Assembly: GCA_002691605.1 (NCBI GenBank) | Contig: NZID01000063.1 | Location: 1 to 58,311 of the forward strand | Direction: 5' to 3' | Length of the DNA stretch: 58,311 nt | Source: Crocinitomicaceae bacterium | GTDB lineage: Bacteria > Bacteroidota > Bacteroidia > Flavobacteriales_D > Parvicellaceae | Shown here: positions 1 to 9,973 of the stretch, piece by piece | How positions within the stretch are numbered: position 1 is the first letter of the stretch | Layout of the letters: every line of letters begins with the position of its first letter | The notes under the pieces: model-generated | Database searches by the model: none | The model's input: only the letters and a program-made list of their open reading frames with translations | What the model was told of the DNA's origin: nothing | Made by a program: the position numbers and the translations under genes

Positions 1-411
1 CATACGGAAAGTTTTGAATACTATGAAAACGGTGAAATAAAAAAATCATCTTTTAAATTTAAAACGAAGATGCGTCAACTTCCCATAACCAAATTTTACA
101 CAGTTAATGGAGATATATCAATTTATTATGAAGGAGACACAACAGTAATTCCAGATAGCTATATTTTAAAAAAATATTCTTATAACAAAGAAGGTTTTTT
201 GAAGGAATTTTCCGATAAAGGAATAGCCGATGGTGCATACAATAGACTTGAAAAATATATATACGAATACGATAAGGAAGGAAACTGGATTTCAGAAAAA
301 ATTAATATTCTTATCAAGAGATCTAATTTTGAAAATCAATATGTTATAGATGAAAATCGAGCTCCTGTGAAAAGCAGTTATTTTACCAAAAGAACGATAA
401 TTTATTATTGA
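1..411 (+). CDS. hypothetical protein, C-terminal fragment (5' end outside window)
   Basis: Frame 1 has no stop from nt 1 (HTESFEYYENGEIKK...), so the 113-aa track ORF (70..411) is probably the tail of a longer protein. It carries degenerate aromatic-x-x-x-G repeats (YYENGEI, YSYNKEGF, YEYDKEGN) reminiscent of MORN/YwqK-type repeats. No confident family assignment. Confidence 0.45.
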   Translation, partial: HTESFEYYENGEIKKSSFKFKTKMRQLPITKFYTVNGDISIYYEGDTTVIPDSYILKKYSYNKEGFLKEFSDKGIADGAYNRLEKYIYEYDKEGNWISEKINILIKRSNFENQYVIDENRAPVKSSYFTKRTIIYY

Positions 412-556
412 TTTATTCTATATTTAATTAGCAAATAAAATTTAATTTTTAGAAGAATTTCTCCAATCTTACCGATGATAGTTTGTTCTTTACGAAAATA
501 ATAAACCTTAAGTTGTCTTATAATTAATATTATGTTAACCTATAAGTAAAATACTA

Positions 557-1720
557 CTAGTCTATTATATAAAAGTCACGCATTTTCATATCTATTAAAT
601 GAACATCCGTATAATAGAATCTTAGGACTTCTAAAAAATCATAACCTAATTCGATCATTCTCATCGCACCTTCCTGGGATAATCCTACACCATGTCCAAA
701 TCCTTTACCCACAAATGATAAAGTTTCGCCTTGGTCAATAATGGAAAAATAAGTGCTTTTTAGTTTCCAATCCTTTCTAATTTCAGTTAAAGGAATTTGA
801 TAAACCCAATCCACTAAAAATTTATGTCGGATATCTTGTTTAAAGTTTAAAGCAGCATTTAATGCTTCTACATTATTAACCGGATATTGAAATTTATTTT
901 TTAAATAAGACAGCCATTTACTTTTAGAAATTGATTTTTCCCACACATAATTTACTCCACCCATTGAATACGGATCATGAATAGATCTTAGATATGGAAG
1001 CGCCTTGTTCCAAACATCTTCAACGTTATTTGTTTGACCTCCACTATTAGAAAAATAAGATGCTGTTATGAAATCCATATTCTCATCCACTAAAATTAAA
1101 TTTCTAGTGGACTTAACAGCATTAATAATAGTAGGGTCTTTATACATATTACCCTTATATACTTGGCAATTGACTAGATCTGTTAAATAAAATCCTTCGT
1201 GAATAAATTTATACTGATTCTTTAATGCATAGGTTCTACTAATTATGGCATGTACTTTATAAAAATCTTCACTTTTACCCAATCCTACTTCTGATTCTAA
1301 TACTCCAATAATATATTTTTCAAAACCTATATTGTTAACAAATGAAATTGAATTAGATTGAGGATAAATGGTAAGATTATCATAATAATAACGGCTTTTA
1401 AAATTTGGTAGAATTCCTTTTAATTCGAAAATCCCAGTATCTTTATTTACGTTATATAATTTTAAAGTATCAAATTTTCCAACATATTTATCGTCTATTT
1501 TTAAGACGATTTTCTCATTGTTATAAACTACATCCACTCTATTTTCCGGACCTAACTTTTTAAATAATAAATTATTAGAAGATCTTAAAGAATAATGAGA
1601 TTTATTAACAAAAATGGAAGCTTTTTTAATAGAAACGTTTCTTAAAATACCAATTTTAAAATCAAGTGAATGAATTAAATTAGAAATTAATATTAAAAAA
1701 ATTACAATAACTAACCTCAT
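557..1720 (-). CDS. SpoIID/LytB domain-containing protein (secreted)
   Basis: N-terminal signal peptide. Central SRTYALKN motif and C-terminal GHGVGLSQEGAMRMIELGY motif are characteristic of the SpoIID/LytB amidase-enhancer domain. Confidence 0.8.
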   Translation of the reverse strand: MRLVIVIFLILISNLIHSLDFKIGILRNVSIKKASIFVNKSHYSLRSSNNLLFKKLGPENRVDVVYNNEKIVLKIDDKYVGKFDTLKLYNVNKDTGIFELKGILPNFKSRYYYDNLTIYPQSNSISFVNNIGFEKYIIGVLESEVGLGKSEDFYKVHAIISRTYALKNQYKFIHEGFYLTDLVNCQVYKGNMYKDPTIINAVKSTRNLILVDENMDFITASYFSNSGGQTNNVEDVWNKALPYLRSIHDPYSMGGVNYVWEKSISKSKWLSYLKNKFQYPVNNVEALNAALNFKQDIRHKFLVDWVYQIPLTEIRKDWKLKSTYFSIIDQGETLSFVGKGFGHGVGLSQEGAMRMIELGYDFLEVLRFYYTDVHLIDMKMRDFYIID

Positions 1721-1738
1721 TGTTTTTCTAAAACATTA

Positions 1739-1746
1739 CAAATCTA
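1739..1746 (-). promoter_or_regulatory. putative Bacteroidota sigma-A -7 box (TAnnTTTG) for the SpoIID-like gene
   Basis: TAGATTTG on the coding strand, 18 nt upstream of the ATG at 1720. Confidence 0.35.
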
Positions 1747-1767
1747 AAAGATAATTAATTGTTTTTT

Positions 1768-2895
1768 TTAATTGTTATTTATAGTTTTTAACATATGAAT
1801 TGCAATTTTTTTGGATACGTCTTTTCCACTACAAATTGAATGTAAATTGCTATATTCTAATTTGATTTTATCATGGATTTTTTCATTCTTTAAATTACTT
1901 AATTCTTTAGTTAAGTTTTTTTTATTCAAGTCACTCTGAATTAGCTCTTTAACAATTGGTTTATTTAGAATTAAATTTACTAATGATATATATTTTACTT
2001 TAATAAAAGACTTTGCAATTTTATATGAAATCCAACTCGTTTTATAGGCTACCACTTGAGGAATATTAAAAAATGCAGTCTCTAATGTTGCTGTTCCAGA
2101 AGTTACTAATGCATAAGTTGAATGATTTAGTAAATTATAAGTATCGTCGTATACGATACTTACACCACTCCTTTGCAAGTAAGGTTGGTACAGGGTATTT
2201 AGACTATTCATTCCTGCTATTACAATATTGTAATTACTTAAAAAGTTTGAACAAGCTTCTATCATAATCGGAAGTTTTTTTATTATTTCTTGCTTTCTAC
2301 TTCCAGGTATTAGAGAAATTATCGGATTTTTATTATTTAATCTGTATTTATTAAAGAATTCTTTTTTAGAAATTTTAGTAGTTTTTTTAAAGTTATTTAT
2401 ATGTTCTAATAAAGGATGACCATTATATTCTGCAATAATTCTATGTTTTGCGAAAAAATCTTTTTCAAATGGTAGAATACAATAAAGAGCAGTTACATAT
2501 TTTTTAATGTCCACTACCCTTTTCTCTTTCCATGCCCATGCTTGTGGAGCTATATAATATAAAATTGGAAATTTACTTTTATGAAAGTGTTTTGCAATTC
2601 TCATATTAAATCCGGGAAAGTCAATTAAAATAAGTGCATCTGGTTTAAATTTTTCAATATCATTTTTACAAAATTTAATATTTCCAAGTATGGTATTTAA
2701 GTTTAATAAGACTTCAAGAAAACCCATATAATTATGGTTTTTATAATGTTTTACTATGGTTACTTCTTCCTTACTAATTAAATCTCCTCCCCATGCTCTT
2801 ATTTCAGCATTTGAGTCAAGTTTTTTAATCTCTCTTATAAGATTAGCACCATATAAATCCCCTGAAGCTTCTCCAGCTATTATATAATATTTCAT
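1768..2895 (-). CDS. lpxB: lipid-A-disaccharide synthase
   Basis: N-terminal YIIAGEASGDLYGANLI motif. Length of 375 aa and overall collinearity match LpxB (GT19). Confidence 0.9.
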   Translation of the reverse strand: MKYYIIAGEASGDLYGANLIREIKKLDSNAEIRAWGGDLISKEEVTIVKHYKNHNYMGFLEVLLNLNTILGNIKFCKNDIEKFKPDALILIDFPGFNMRIAKHFHKSKFPILYYIAPQAWAWKEKRVVDIKKYVTALYCILPFEKDFFAKHRIIAEYNGHPLLEHINNFKKTTKISKKEFFNKYRLNNKNPIISLIPGSRKQEIIKKLPIMIEACSNFLSNYNIVIAGMNSLNTLYQPYLQRSGVSIVYDDTYNLLNHSTYALVTSGTATLETAFFNIPQVVAYKTSWISYKIAKSFIKVKYISLVNLILNKPIVKELIQSDLNKKNLTKELSNLKNEKIHDKIKLEYSNLHSICSGKDVSKKIAIHMLKTINNN

Positions 2896-3251
2896 TAGTA
2901 AATAAAAAGAAATGAAATAGCAGCAAGAATTAAAGTAATACTTACTAAACCTCTAGAAAATCGATCTATTTTGTATATAAAAAAAGAAAAATAAAATGCC
3001 AGCATATTTGCCAAAAGACAAAACATTAAAGTACTTTGGCGTGTATCTTGATAAATACTTTTAAGGGCAGAATTAGTTACTAAATCATGATTTTGTGTAA
3101 AAAGTTGCCAGAATGTAGAAAATGATAAGTCGCCCCCTTTTGCTAAAAAACCTATAAAAAAACCTAAAATGGGTAATACCAAACCCGTTACGAAACCATA
3201 TTTTATTTGGTTAATTTTAGAATACCATTTATTTGCTTTCATAATTTCCAT
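2895..3251 (-). CDS. small integral membrane protein, unknown function
   Basis: 118 aa with about three hydrophobic helices (GFVTGLVLPILGFFIGFL, MFCLLANMLAFYFSFFIY, LVSITLILAAISFLFIY). Overlaps the surE 3' end by 13 nt and shares TAATG with the lpxB start. Confidence 0.5.
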   Translation of the reverse strand: MEIMKANKWYSKINQIKYGFVTGLVLPILGFFIGFLAKGGDLSFSTFWQLFTQNHDLVTNSALKSIYQDTRQSTLMFCLLANMLAFYFSFFIYKIDRFSRGLVSITLILAAISFLFIY

Positions 3252-4003
3252 TTTTTTAAATTTTCAACTGACTCAAAACAAGTCATATCATATTGACTTG
3301 GAACTACAGTTACATAATTATTTTCTAAATAATTAATATCTGTTTCTTTATCTTCATCTTTTGAAGTGAATGATCCCTTTAGCCAATAATAATCTTTCCC
3401 AAGAGGATCTTTTCTTTTCTCAAAAGTATCTTCCCAAAAAGCTTTTCCTTGTTTACAAACTTTAATTCCCTTAATTTTATTTTCATTTACATTGGGTATA
3501 TTCACATTAAGACATGTCCCAGTTTTTAAACCCTCTAAAAGTACTTTTCCAGTAATTAATTTAACTATTTTCTCAGCATAAGAAAAGTCAGCATCTTCTT
3601 TAAAGTCAGTTAACGAAAACCCAATACTTGGAATTCCGTCTAAAGCACCTTCTACAGCAGCTGCCATTGTTCCAGAATATAATATGTTGGTGCTCACATT
3701 TGATCCATGATTAATTCCTGATAAAATAATATCTGGTTTTCTACCATTTAATAAGTAAATACCCATTTTAACGCAATCTACTGGTGTTCCAGAGCAATTA
3801 AAGGCATTTATTCCTTCGAAATAATTTATTTCTTTACATTTTACTGGATTATTTACAGTAATGGCATGTCCCATTCCAGATTGAGGTCTGTCAGGAGCAA
3901 TTAAAACAATTTCTCCAAAGTCCTTTACAGAATTTAATAATGATGAAAGTCCCTTAGCGTTATATCCATCATCATTAGTTAATAAAATTAAAGGAATTTT
4001 CAT
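3239..4003 (-). CDS. surE: 5'/3'-nucleotidase SurE
   Basis: N-terminal ILLTNDDGYNAKGL and GINHGSNVS motifs of the SurE family; 254 aa. Confidence 0.9.
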   Translation of the reverse strand: MKIPLILLTNDDGYNAKGLSSLLNSVKDFGEIVLIAPDRPQSGMGHAITVNNPVKCKEINYFEGINAFNCSGTPVDCVKMGIYLLNGRKPDIILSGINHGSNVSTNILYSGTMAAAVEGALDGIPSIGFSLTDFKEDADFSYAEKIVKLITGKVLLEGLKTGTCLNVNIPNVNENKIKGIKVCKQGKAFWEDTFEKRKDPLGKDYYWLKGSFTSKDEDKETDINYLENNYVTVVPSQYDMTCFESVENLKKWKL

Positions 4004-4047
4004 ATTGCTAAGTTAATGATTATTAAATTTTGGCATTAATTTTGAAT

Positions 4048-4055
4048 TAAGTTTG
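4048..4055 (+). promoter_or_regulatory. putative -7 box (TAnnTTTG) for the DUF4139 gene
   Basis: TAAGTTTG, 13 nt upstream of the ATG at 4069. A second match, TAATTTTG, lies at 4037..4044. Confidence 0.35.
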
Positions 4056-4068
4056 TAAAAAAAATAAA

Positions 4069-5664
4069 ATGAATAGATTTTTCCATAATGTAAGCTTAAT
4101 TATCATTAATTTCTTTCTTTTAAATTTAACTGCGGTTTCAAATGAAGAAATCATAAAGGCAGAAACAGTCATAAATGACATTATTATTTTTAATAACGGA
4201 GCTTCGGTTAACAGAACAGGAAATGTCACACTTAGTAATGGTTCTAATAAAATATTAATATCCAATCTTTCTTCTAAACTTCTAAATGAGTCTATTCAAT
4301 TCACTATTAAGTCTAAAAATGTGATTATAAATTCTGTAAATAAACAATTGAACTATTTTGGTAGTGAAAATAATATTCAAGCAGTTAAGTTAAATGACAG
4401 TATTCATAAAATTAATGAAATAATAAGATTAAGAACTGTAGATTTAGAAGTTTTTAGACAAGAAAAGGATTTGATGGACCAGAATAAATCTGTATTAAAA
4501 ACATCTAGAGAATTCATTATTGATGATTTAATGGAACTAGCAGAGTACTTTAAAAAAAAGATCAATGAAATTCAGACTAATATTTCAATTATTCAAAAGG
4601 AAATTTCATTTTTAAACCAAACAAAGAAAAAGTTGCAAAACCAAATTGGTTCAATAAAAAAAACAACTAAAAATAAATCTTGTGATATAATTATCCAAAT
4701 AACTTGTTTAAAAGCTGGTGATTTTGATTTTAACCTTTCTTACAATACAATGAATGCCGGTTGGACACCATTTTATGACGTAAGATCAGAAAGTATTAAT
4801 AGTCCAGTAAATTTAACATATAAAGCTAAGGTCTTTCAAAATACAAATGAAGAATGGTCCAATATTAAATTATCTCTTTCCACTGGTAAATTAAACGTTT
4901 CTAACAAGGCTCCTGATTTTAACACTCAATATATTAGATCAAATAACAGTTTAGGTTACAATAAAAGAATTGCTTCGACTCAATTTAAAAATAATTCTTT
5001 TCAGGATGAAGAAGACTCACCCTCTTCGGCGGATTTTACTAATGTGGATTATAGTGGTACTCAAATTCAATATGATATTTTAATCCCCTATTCTATCCCA
5101 TCACAAAGAACTCCAATTTTCATTGAAATTCAAAAACTGACCGTACCTGCTAAATATGATTATTTCTGTTACCCAAAGGTTGATAAAGATGTATTTTTAA
5201 TGTGTCATTTAGACCAAATAAATAATAAAAATCTTCTTCCAGGACAAGCACAAATTTATTTTGATGGGAAATCTGTCGGAACCTCTTACCTAGATCCCCA
5301 CATTACTCAATCAAAAATAGACCTTTCTCTTAGTAGGGATATTGGTATAATATCAGAAAGAAAACTAGAAACTAAATTAAGTTCGGAAACAAAAGTTGGC
5401 GATAATTTAAAGATTCAAAAAGCTTTCAAAATTAGTGTGAAGAATAATAAAAGTCAATCCGTAGATCTTGTACTTATAGATCAGTTACCTGTTTCCAATA
5501 AAAAGAATATTCATGTTCAACTATTGGAAAGTTCAGATGCTACATTTACCAAAGCTGATGGTAAGTTAGTTTGGAAAATTCAATTAGCTGAAGGAGAAAA
5601 GGTGGATAAAGTATGGAACTATTTTGTGAAGTATCCTGAAAAAGAAAATCTTATAGGACTTTAA
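4069..5664 (+). CDS. DUF4140/DUF4139 (MuiA-like) domain protein, secreted
   Basis: Signal peptide. The N-terminal segment (VINDIIIFNNGASVNRTGNVTLSNGSNKILISNLSSKLLNESIQF) matches the DUF4140 pattern. A central coiled-coil stretch is followed by a long beta-rich DUF4139-like C-terminus. Confidence 0.6.
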   Translation: MNRFFHNVSLIIINFFLLNLTAVSNEEIIKAETVINDIIIFNNGASVNRTGNVTLSNGSNKILISNLSSKLLNESIQFTIKSKNVIINSVNKQLNYFGSENNIQAVKLNDSIHKINEIIRLRTVDLEVFRQEKDLMDQNKSVLKTSREFIIDDLMELAEYFKKKINEIQTNISIIQKEISFLNQTKKKLQNQIGSIKKTTKNKSCDIIIQITCLKAGDFDFNLSYNTMNAGWTPFYDVRSESINSPVNLTYKAKVFQNTNEEWSNIKLSLSTGKLNVSNKAPDFNTQYIRSNNSLGYNKRIASTQFKNNSFQDEEDSPSSADFTNVDYSGTQIQYDILIPYSIPSQRTPIFIEIQKLTVPAKYDYFCYPKVDKDVFLMCHLDQINNKNLLPGQAQIYFDGKSVGTSYLDPHITQSKIDLSLSRDIGIISERKLETKLSSETKVGDNLKIQKAFKISVKNNKSQSVDLVLIDQLPVSNKKNIHVQLLESSDATFTKADGKLVWKIQLAEGEKVDKVWNYFVKYPEKENLIGL

Positions 5665-7076
5665 CTTTTATTAATTCCAATAGTACTTTTACAGGCATTT
5701 AAAATAGCTCTAGCTCCTAAAAGAGTTTCAGATTCAGCATAGCACCTAAGAACAGGCTCAGTTCCCGAAGGCCTTATCATTAACCATTGACTATCGTTTA
5801 GTATAAATTTGAACCCATCCGTTTTATCTATACTTTCCACATTATATTCGCCAAATGATGTAAACTCGTCTTGGTTACATTTCTTCACTATGGAGTTCTT
5901 AAGTTCATCTGAAATATGTAAATCATCTCTACAATATTTAAATTCTCCTACTAAATCATAAACTTCTAGAACCAATTCATCTAATGTTTTTCCAGATTTA
6001 GCCATGTATTCAAATAAAACCAATCCCATCCATATTCCATCCCTTTCAGGAATATGCCCCTTTATTGCAATACCTCCAGACTCTTCTCCTCCAATGAGGA
6101 CATCTTCATTAATCATCTGACTAGCAATATATTTGAAACCTACCTTTACAGTGTCGTGATCTAATCCCCATAGTTCAGCTAATTTGGTTACTCTAGGTGT
6201 GGTTGATGCAGCTACAACCACTTTTCCAGTCATTTTTTTGTATTTATGTAAATAGAGTAATAATAATAAAATGATGTGATGAGAATCAACAAATTCTCCT
6301 TTGGAGTTGTATAGTCCAATTCGATCTGCATCTCCATCTGTAGCTAATCCTGCCGCAATATTTTTTCTTTCTTTAATTAAATGGGAAAATTCTTGAAGAT
6401 TTTTATCAATAGGTTCTGGAGCTTGACCTAAAAAAGAAGGGTTAAAATCACAATGTAAAAAAGTCATTTGAGGAAATAACTTTTTCATTACATTTTGGCC
6501 TGCTCCGTACATAGCATCATAGGCAAAATTCAATCCAGAATTTCTAATAGCCTCTAAATCAAAAGAGGATTGAACCCTCTCGATATACATTTTTTCTAAA
6601 TCAACTTCTTTAATATTCCCTTTTTCAATTTGGTTTTCAATATTTATATGGTTTAAATAGATTTTATCTTCAGTTGGAATTAAACTTTCTACCTCTTCTA
6701 CCTTTTCTGTACTTAAAGGTCCTCCAAAATAGCCTTTTAACTTATAACCATTGTATTCAGGCGGATTGTGACTAGCTGTGACCACTACTCCTACAGATGC
6801 TTTTAATTTTTTTACCCCTAGTGAAATCATAGGAGTAGAAATAAATGTTTTAGCTAAATAAACCTTGATTCCTTTGGATGCGAAAACTTTTACAGCAGTT
6901 TCTACAAATAATTCACCACCAAATCTACAATCATGACCAATTACAATAGAAGGATTATTAAAGTTTTTGATGGTCCATTCCGCAGTTGCATAAGCTACTC
7001 TAGAAACATTTGCTACTGTAAAATCTTTTGCAATTATGGCACGCCATCCATCTGTTCCAAATTTAATATTTGACAT
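5661..7076 (-). CDS. phosphoglucomutase/phosphomannomutase family phosphohexomutase
   Basis: Active-site TASHNPPEYNGYK, metal loop TDGDADR and sugar loop GGEESGG; 471 aa. Substrate specificity cannot be assigned from sequence alone. Confidence 0.85.
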   Translation of the reverse strand: MSNIKFGTDGWRAIIAKDFTVANVSRVAYATAEWTIKNFNNPSIVIGHDCRFGGELFVETAVKVFASKGIKVYLAKTFISTPMISLGVKKLKASVGVVVTASHNPPEYNGYKLKGYFGGPLSTEKVEEVESLIPTEDKIYLNHINIENQIEKGNIKEVDLEKMYIERVQSSFDLEAIRNSGLNFAYDAMYGAGQNVMKKLFPQMTFLHCDFNPSFLGQAPEPIDKNLQEFSHLIKERKNIAAGLATDGDADRIGLYNSKGEFVDSHHIILLLLLYLHKYKKMTGKVVVAASTTPRVTKLAELWGLDHDTVKVGFKYIASQMINEDVLIGGEESGGIAIKGHIPERDGIWMGLVLFEYMAKSGKTLDELVLEVYDLVGEFKYCRDDLHISDELKNSIVKKCNQDEFTSFGEYNVESIDKTDGFKFILNDSQWLMIRPSGTEPVLRCYAESETLLGARAILNACKSTIGINKS

Positions 7077-7092
7077 TTATTATTCTTTAAAA

Positions 7093-7100
7093 CAAAAGTA
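7093..7100 (-). promoter_or_regulatory. putative -7 box (TAnnTTTG) for the phosphohexomutase gene
   Basis: TACTTTTG on the coding strand, 16 nt upstream of the ATG at 7076. Confidence 0.4.
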
Positions 7101-7138
7101 AAAAAACAAATTACTTTCCAACTATAATTAAAGACTTA

Positions 7139-7146
7139 TATATTTG
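7139..7146 (+). promoter_or_regulatory. putative -7 box (TAnnTTTG) for trkA-trkH-miaE
   Basis: TATATTTG, 15 nt upstream of the ATG at 7162. Confidence 0.4.
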
Positions 7147-7161
7147 TTAAAAAATTACTCT

Positions 7162-8502
7162 ATGAAGATTATTATTGCTGGGGCTGGAGATGTTGGATCC
7201 CACCTTGCAAAATTATTATCCTCAGAATCACACGATATTTATCTTATAGATAATAATGAGGAACGATTAAACGCTATTTCTTCTCAAATTGATGTTATTA
7301 CAATTACCGGTGATGCGAAATCTGTAGAATTAATGGATCAAAAACTAATTAGTACTTCAGACTTATTAATTGCAGTTACTTCAAGTGAAGAAACCAATAT
7401 GCTTATATGCATATTAGGAAAAAAGCTAGGTGCAAATCATACAATAGCTAGAATTAACGATGATAATATAATTAAAGATAACAGGGAGCATTTTTATAAT
7501 GAATTAGGTATTGACACTCTCATATCCCCTACTCATTTAGCAACCTTAGAAATAAATCGATTGATTAATCAGGCTGCATTTACTGACGATATTGAATTTG
7601 AAAATGGAAAATTAACAGTATTTGGAATAAGCCTTTCTGAAAAATCAATTTTAATTAATAAAACAGTAAGTGAAAGTGCAGGATTAAATCCTAATTTAAG
7701 TTTTAAACCTCTTGCCCTTCATAGAGACGAATTTACACTTTTAGTAAGTGGCGATACTATATTAAATGAAAATGATATTGTTTATTTTATCTCTCAAAAA
7801 GAATGTATTGAAGATATTATAAAGTTATGTGGAAAAACATCTATCCATATTAATAATGTAATGATCATTGGTGGAAGTAAAATTGGGTTAAATATTGCTC
7901 AATTATTAGAAAAAAATCATCAAGTAACTATAGTAGAAAAAGATAAAGCTAAATGTGAAAAAATAGCTTCTTTTCTAAAAAAATCCCTAGTCATTAACAT
8001 TGACGGTCATGATGTCAAACAATTAGAAGAAGAAGGATTAGCAGACATGGATGCACTTATTTCAGTAACTGCTAATTCTGAAATGAATGTAATAACTTCT
8101 TTGGTTGGTAAAAAGCATGGAATCAAAAAGACTATTGCTAGAATTGAAAATTTCAATTATATCAACCTATCACAATCTATAGGAATCGATACCATTATAA
8201 ATAAAAAAATTATCGCTGCAGATAAAATATTTAAATTTGTAAGAAAAGGAAATGTTTCATCGGTAGCTAATTTACATGGTACTAATGCTGAAATTATTGA
8301 ATTTGTAGTAAAATCCAATACCAAAATCACTTCCAAACCCATAAATCAATTAAATTTCCCATCTGATTCCAATATTGCAGGCGTTATTCGAAATGGAATT
8401 CCTATAATTCCTTTTGGAAATTTTCAACTAATTGAAAATGATAAAACTATTGTATTTTCATTAACCGAATCTATCAAAGAAATTGAAAAATTCTTCCAAT
8501 AA
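7162..8502 (+). CDS. trkA: Trk system potassium uptake protein TrkA
   Basis: Two Rossmann/RCK units (IIIAGAGDVGSHLA and VMIIGGSKIGLNIA). I prefer the ATG at 7162 because the track start at 7144 is a TTG lying inside a TATATTTG -7 box. Confidence 0.85.
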   Translation: MKIIIAGAGDVGSHLAKLLSSESHDIYLIDNNEERLNAISSQIDVITITGDAKSVELMDQKLISTSDLLIAVTSSEETNMLICILGKKLGANHTIARINDDNIIKDNREHFYNELGIDTLISPTHLATLEINRLINQAAFTDDIEFENGKLTVFGISLSEKSILINKTVSESAGLNPNLSFKPLALHRDEFTLLVSGDTILNENDIVYFISQKECIEDIIKLCGKTSIHINNVMIIGGSKIGLNIAQLLEKNHQVTIVEKDKAKCEKIASFLKKSLVINIDGHDVKQLEEEGLADMDALISVTANSEMNVITSLVGKKHGIKKTIARIENFNYINLSQSIGIDTIINKKIIAADKIFKFVRKGNVSSVANLHGTNAEIIEFVVKSNTKITSKPINQLNFPSDSNIAGVIRNGIPIIPFGNFQLIENDKTIVFSLTESIKEIEKFFQ

Positions 8503-9973
8503 GATAAAAGGTCTATTTAATAGTTCAGTAATTACCTATGTAGTTGGAACACTACTATTATTAAACGGAATACTAATGCTCTTGTGTATTCCTTTTTCTG
8601 TTATTTATGACTTAGATGAAAATCTACCTTTTGTTTTCATTTTATGTAGTGGAATAACACTATCTACAGGATTTTTTATGCGAATTTTTACCAAAAAAGA
8701 TAAGTACTCAGAAATTAAAAAAAGAGACGGCTATTTAATTGTTGTTTTAGGTTGGTTATTTATGACATTTTTTGGCAGCTTACCTTATTTAATTTCCGGA
8801 AGTATACCCACAATTACTAACGCATTTTTTGAGACAATGTCAGGCTTTACTACAACTGGCTCAACAATTTTAAATGATATTGAAGCATTACCCAAAAGCA
8901 TATTGTTTTGGAGGAGTATGACTCAGTGGATAGGTGGAATGGGCATAATTGTATTGACTATTGCCATTCTTCCTCTGTTAGGAATTGGAGGGATGGAACT
9001 ATTCATTGCGGAAGCTCCAGGACCTACAAAAGATAAAATCCATCCACGAATTAAAGAAACAGCTAAGAGATTATGGATTATTTATTTTGGCTTAACTTCT
9101 CTAGAAACAATTATATTAATGATCTTAGGTTTAGATTTTTTTGATGCAATAAATCATTCTTTAACAACTACTTCTACAGGTGGTTTTTCAACAAAACAAG
9201 CAAGTATAGCTGCCTTTCAAAATCCTTGGATAGAAGCAGTAATAGTAATTTTTATGTTTTTAGCAGGAACGAATTTTACCTTAATCTATTTTGCTATTAA
9301 ATTTAAGTTTAGAAAAATTATTAATAATGACGAATTTAAATGGTATCTAACTTCTCTTATTTCCGTTATAATAATTTTAACACTTGTTCATTCTTTTTTT
9401 AATAATATAACTCTACTAAACTCTTTTAGAGCAATTAGCTTTCAAGTAGTTTCTATTATTACTACAACAGGATATTCCACTGCAGATTATACCACTTGGG
9501 GATATTTTTTAACCTTTATATTCTTTTTATTTCTTTTTTCAGGTGCATCAGCAGGAAGTACAAGTGGAGGAATTAAAATTGTAAGAATTATAATTCTTAT
9601 AAAAAATAGCTTATTGGAATTTAAAAGAAGGTTGCACCCAAAAGCAGTTATTCCTGTAATTCTTAATGGATCTGCAATTTCGAATCATATTATTTACAAT
9701 CTTTTGGCTTTTATTTTTCTTTACTTATTCATATTTACTTTGGGATCAATTATTTTATCGGGACTAGGATTGGATTTTTTAAGTGCTATTAGTGCAGTTG
9801 CTTCAGCAGTTGGAAATGTTGGACCTGGAATTGCAAGTGTTGGACCCTCCTACTCATTTGATCATGTTCCTGATTTTGGCAAATGGGTATTATCATTATT
9901 AATGTTAATGGGGAGATTAGAATTGTTTACGGTATGCTTAATATTTACCCCTTATTTTTGGAAAAGAATATAA
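8483..9973 (+). CDS. trkH: TrkH-family potassium transporter
   Basis: Polytopic membrane protein with repeated selectivity-loop motifs (TTTGST, TSTGGFS, TTTGYST, TSGGIK). The only in-frame start that keeps the first TM helix is the TTG at 8483, which overlaps trkA by 20 nt. Confidence 0.85.
   Translation: MKNSSNKIKGLFNSSVITYVVGTLLLLNGILMLLCIPFSVIYDLDENLPFVFILCSGITLSTGFFMRIFTKKDKYSEIKKRDGYLIVVLGWLFMTFFGSLPYLISGSIPTITNAFFETMSGFTTTGSTILNDIEALPKSILFWRSMTQWIGGMGIIVLTIAILPLLGIGGMELFIAEAPGPTKDKIHPRIKETAKRLWIIYFGLTSLETIILMILGLDFFDAINHSLTTTSTGGFSTKQASIAAFQNPWIEAVIVIFMFLAGTNFTLIYFAIKFKFRKIINNDEFKWYLTSLISVIIILTLVHSFFNNITLLNSFRAISFQVVSIITTTGYSTADYTTWGYFLTFIFFLFLFSGASAGSTSGGIKIVRIIILIKNSLLEFKRRLHPKAVIPVILNGSAISNHIIYNLLAFIFLYLFIFTLGSIILSGLGLDFLSAISAVASAVGNVGPGIASVGPSYSFDHVPDFGKWVLSLLMLMGRLELFTVCLIFTPYFWKRI

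Noticed and set aside
412-556. The two largest non-coding gaps (412..556 and 27478..27629), examined for tRNA, SRP RNA, riboswitch or other small RNA genes
   Set aside because: Both are almost pure A/T. They contain no GC-containing stems, no T-loop (GGTTCGA-like) and no SRP domain IV-like motif. Nothing supports a structured RNA.
7144-7161. N-terminal extensions in the ORF track that begin at TTG codons (trkA 7144, ettA 22155, GT4 23297, guaA 51295) or at far-upstream in-frame ATGs (GT4 29187, DUF4340-like 32791, transketolase N-half 42215)
   Set aside because: In each case a downstream in-frame ATG reproduces the canonical family N-terminus. In several cases a -7 box lies inside or downstream of the extension, so I used the shorter coordinates.
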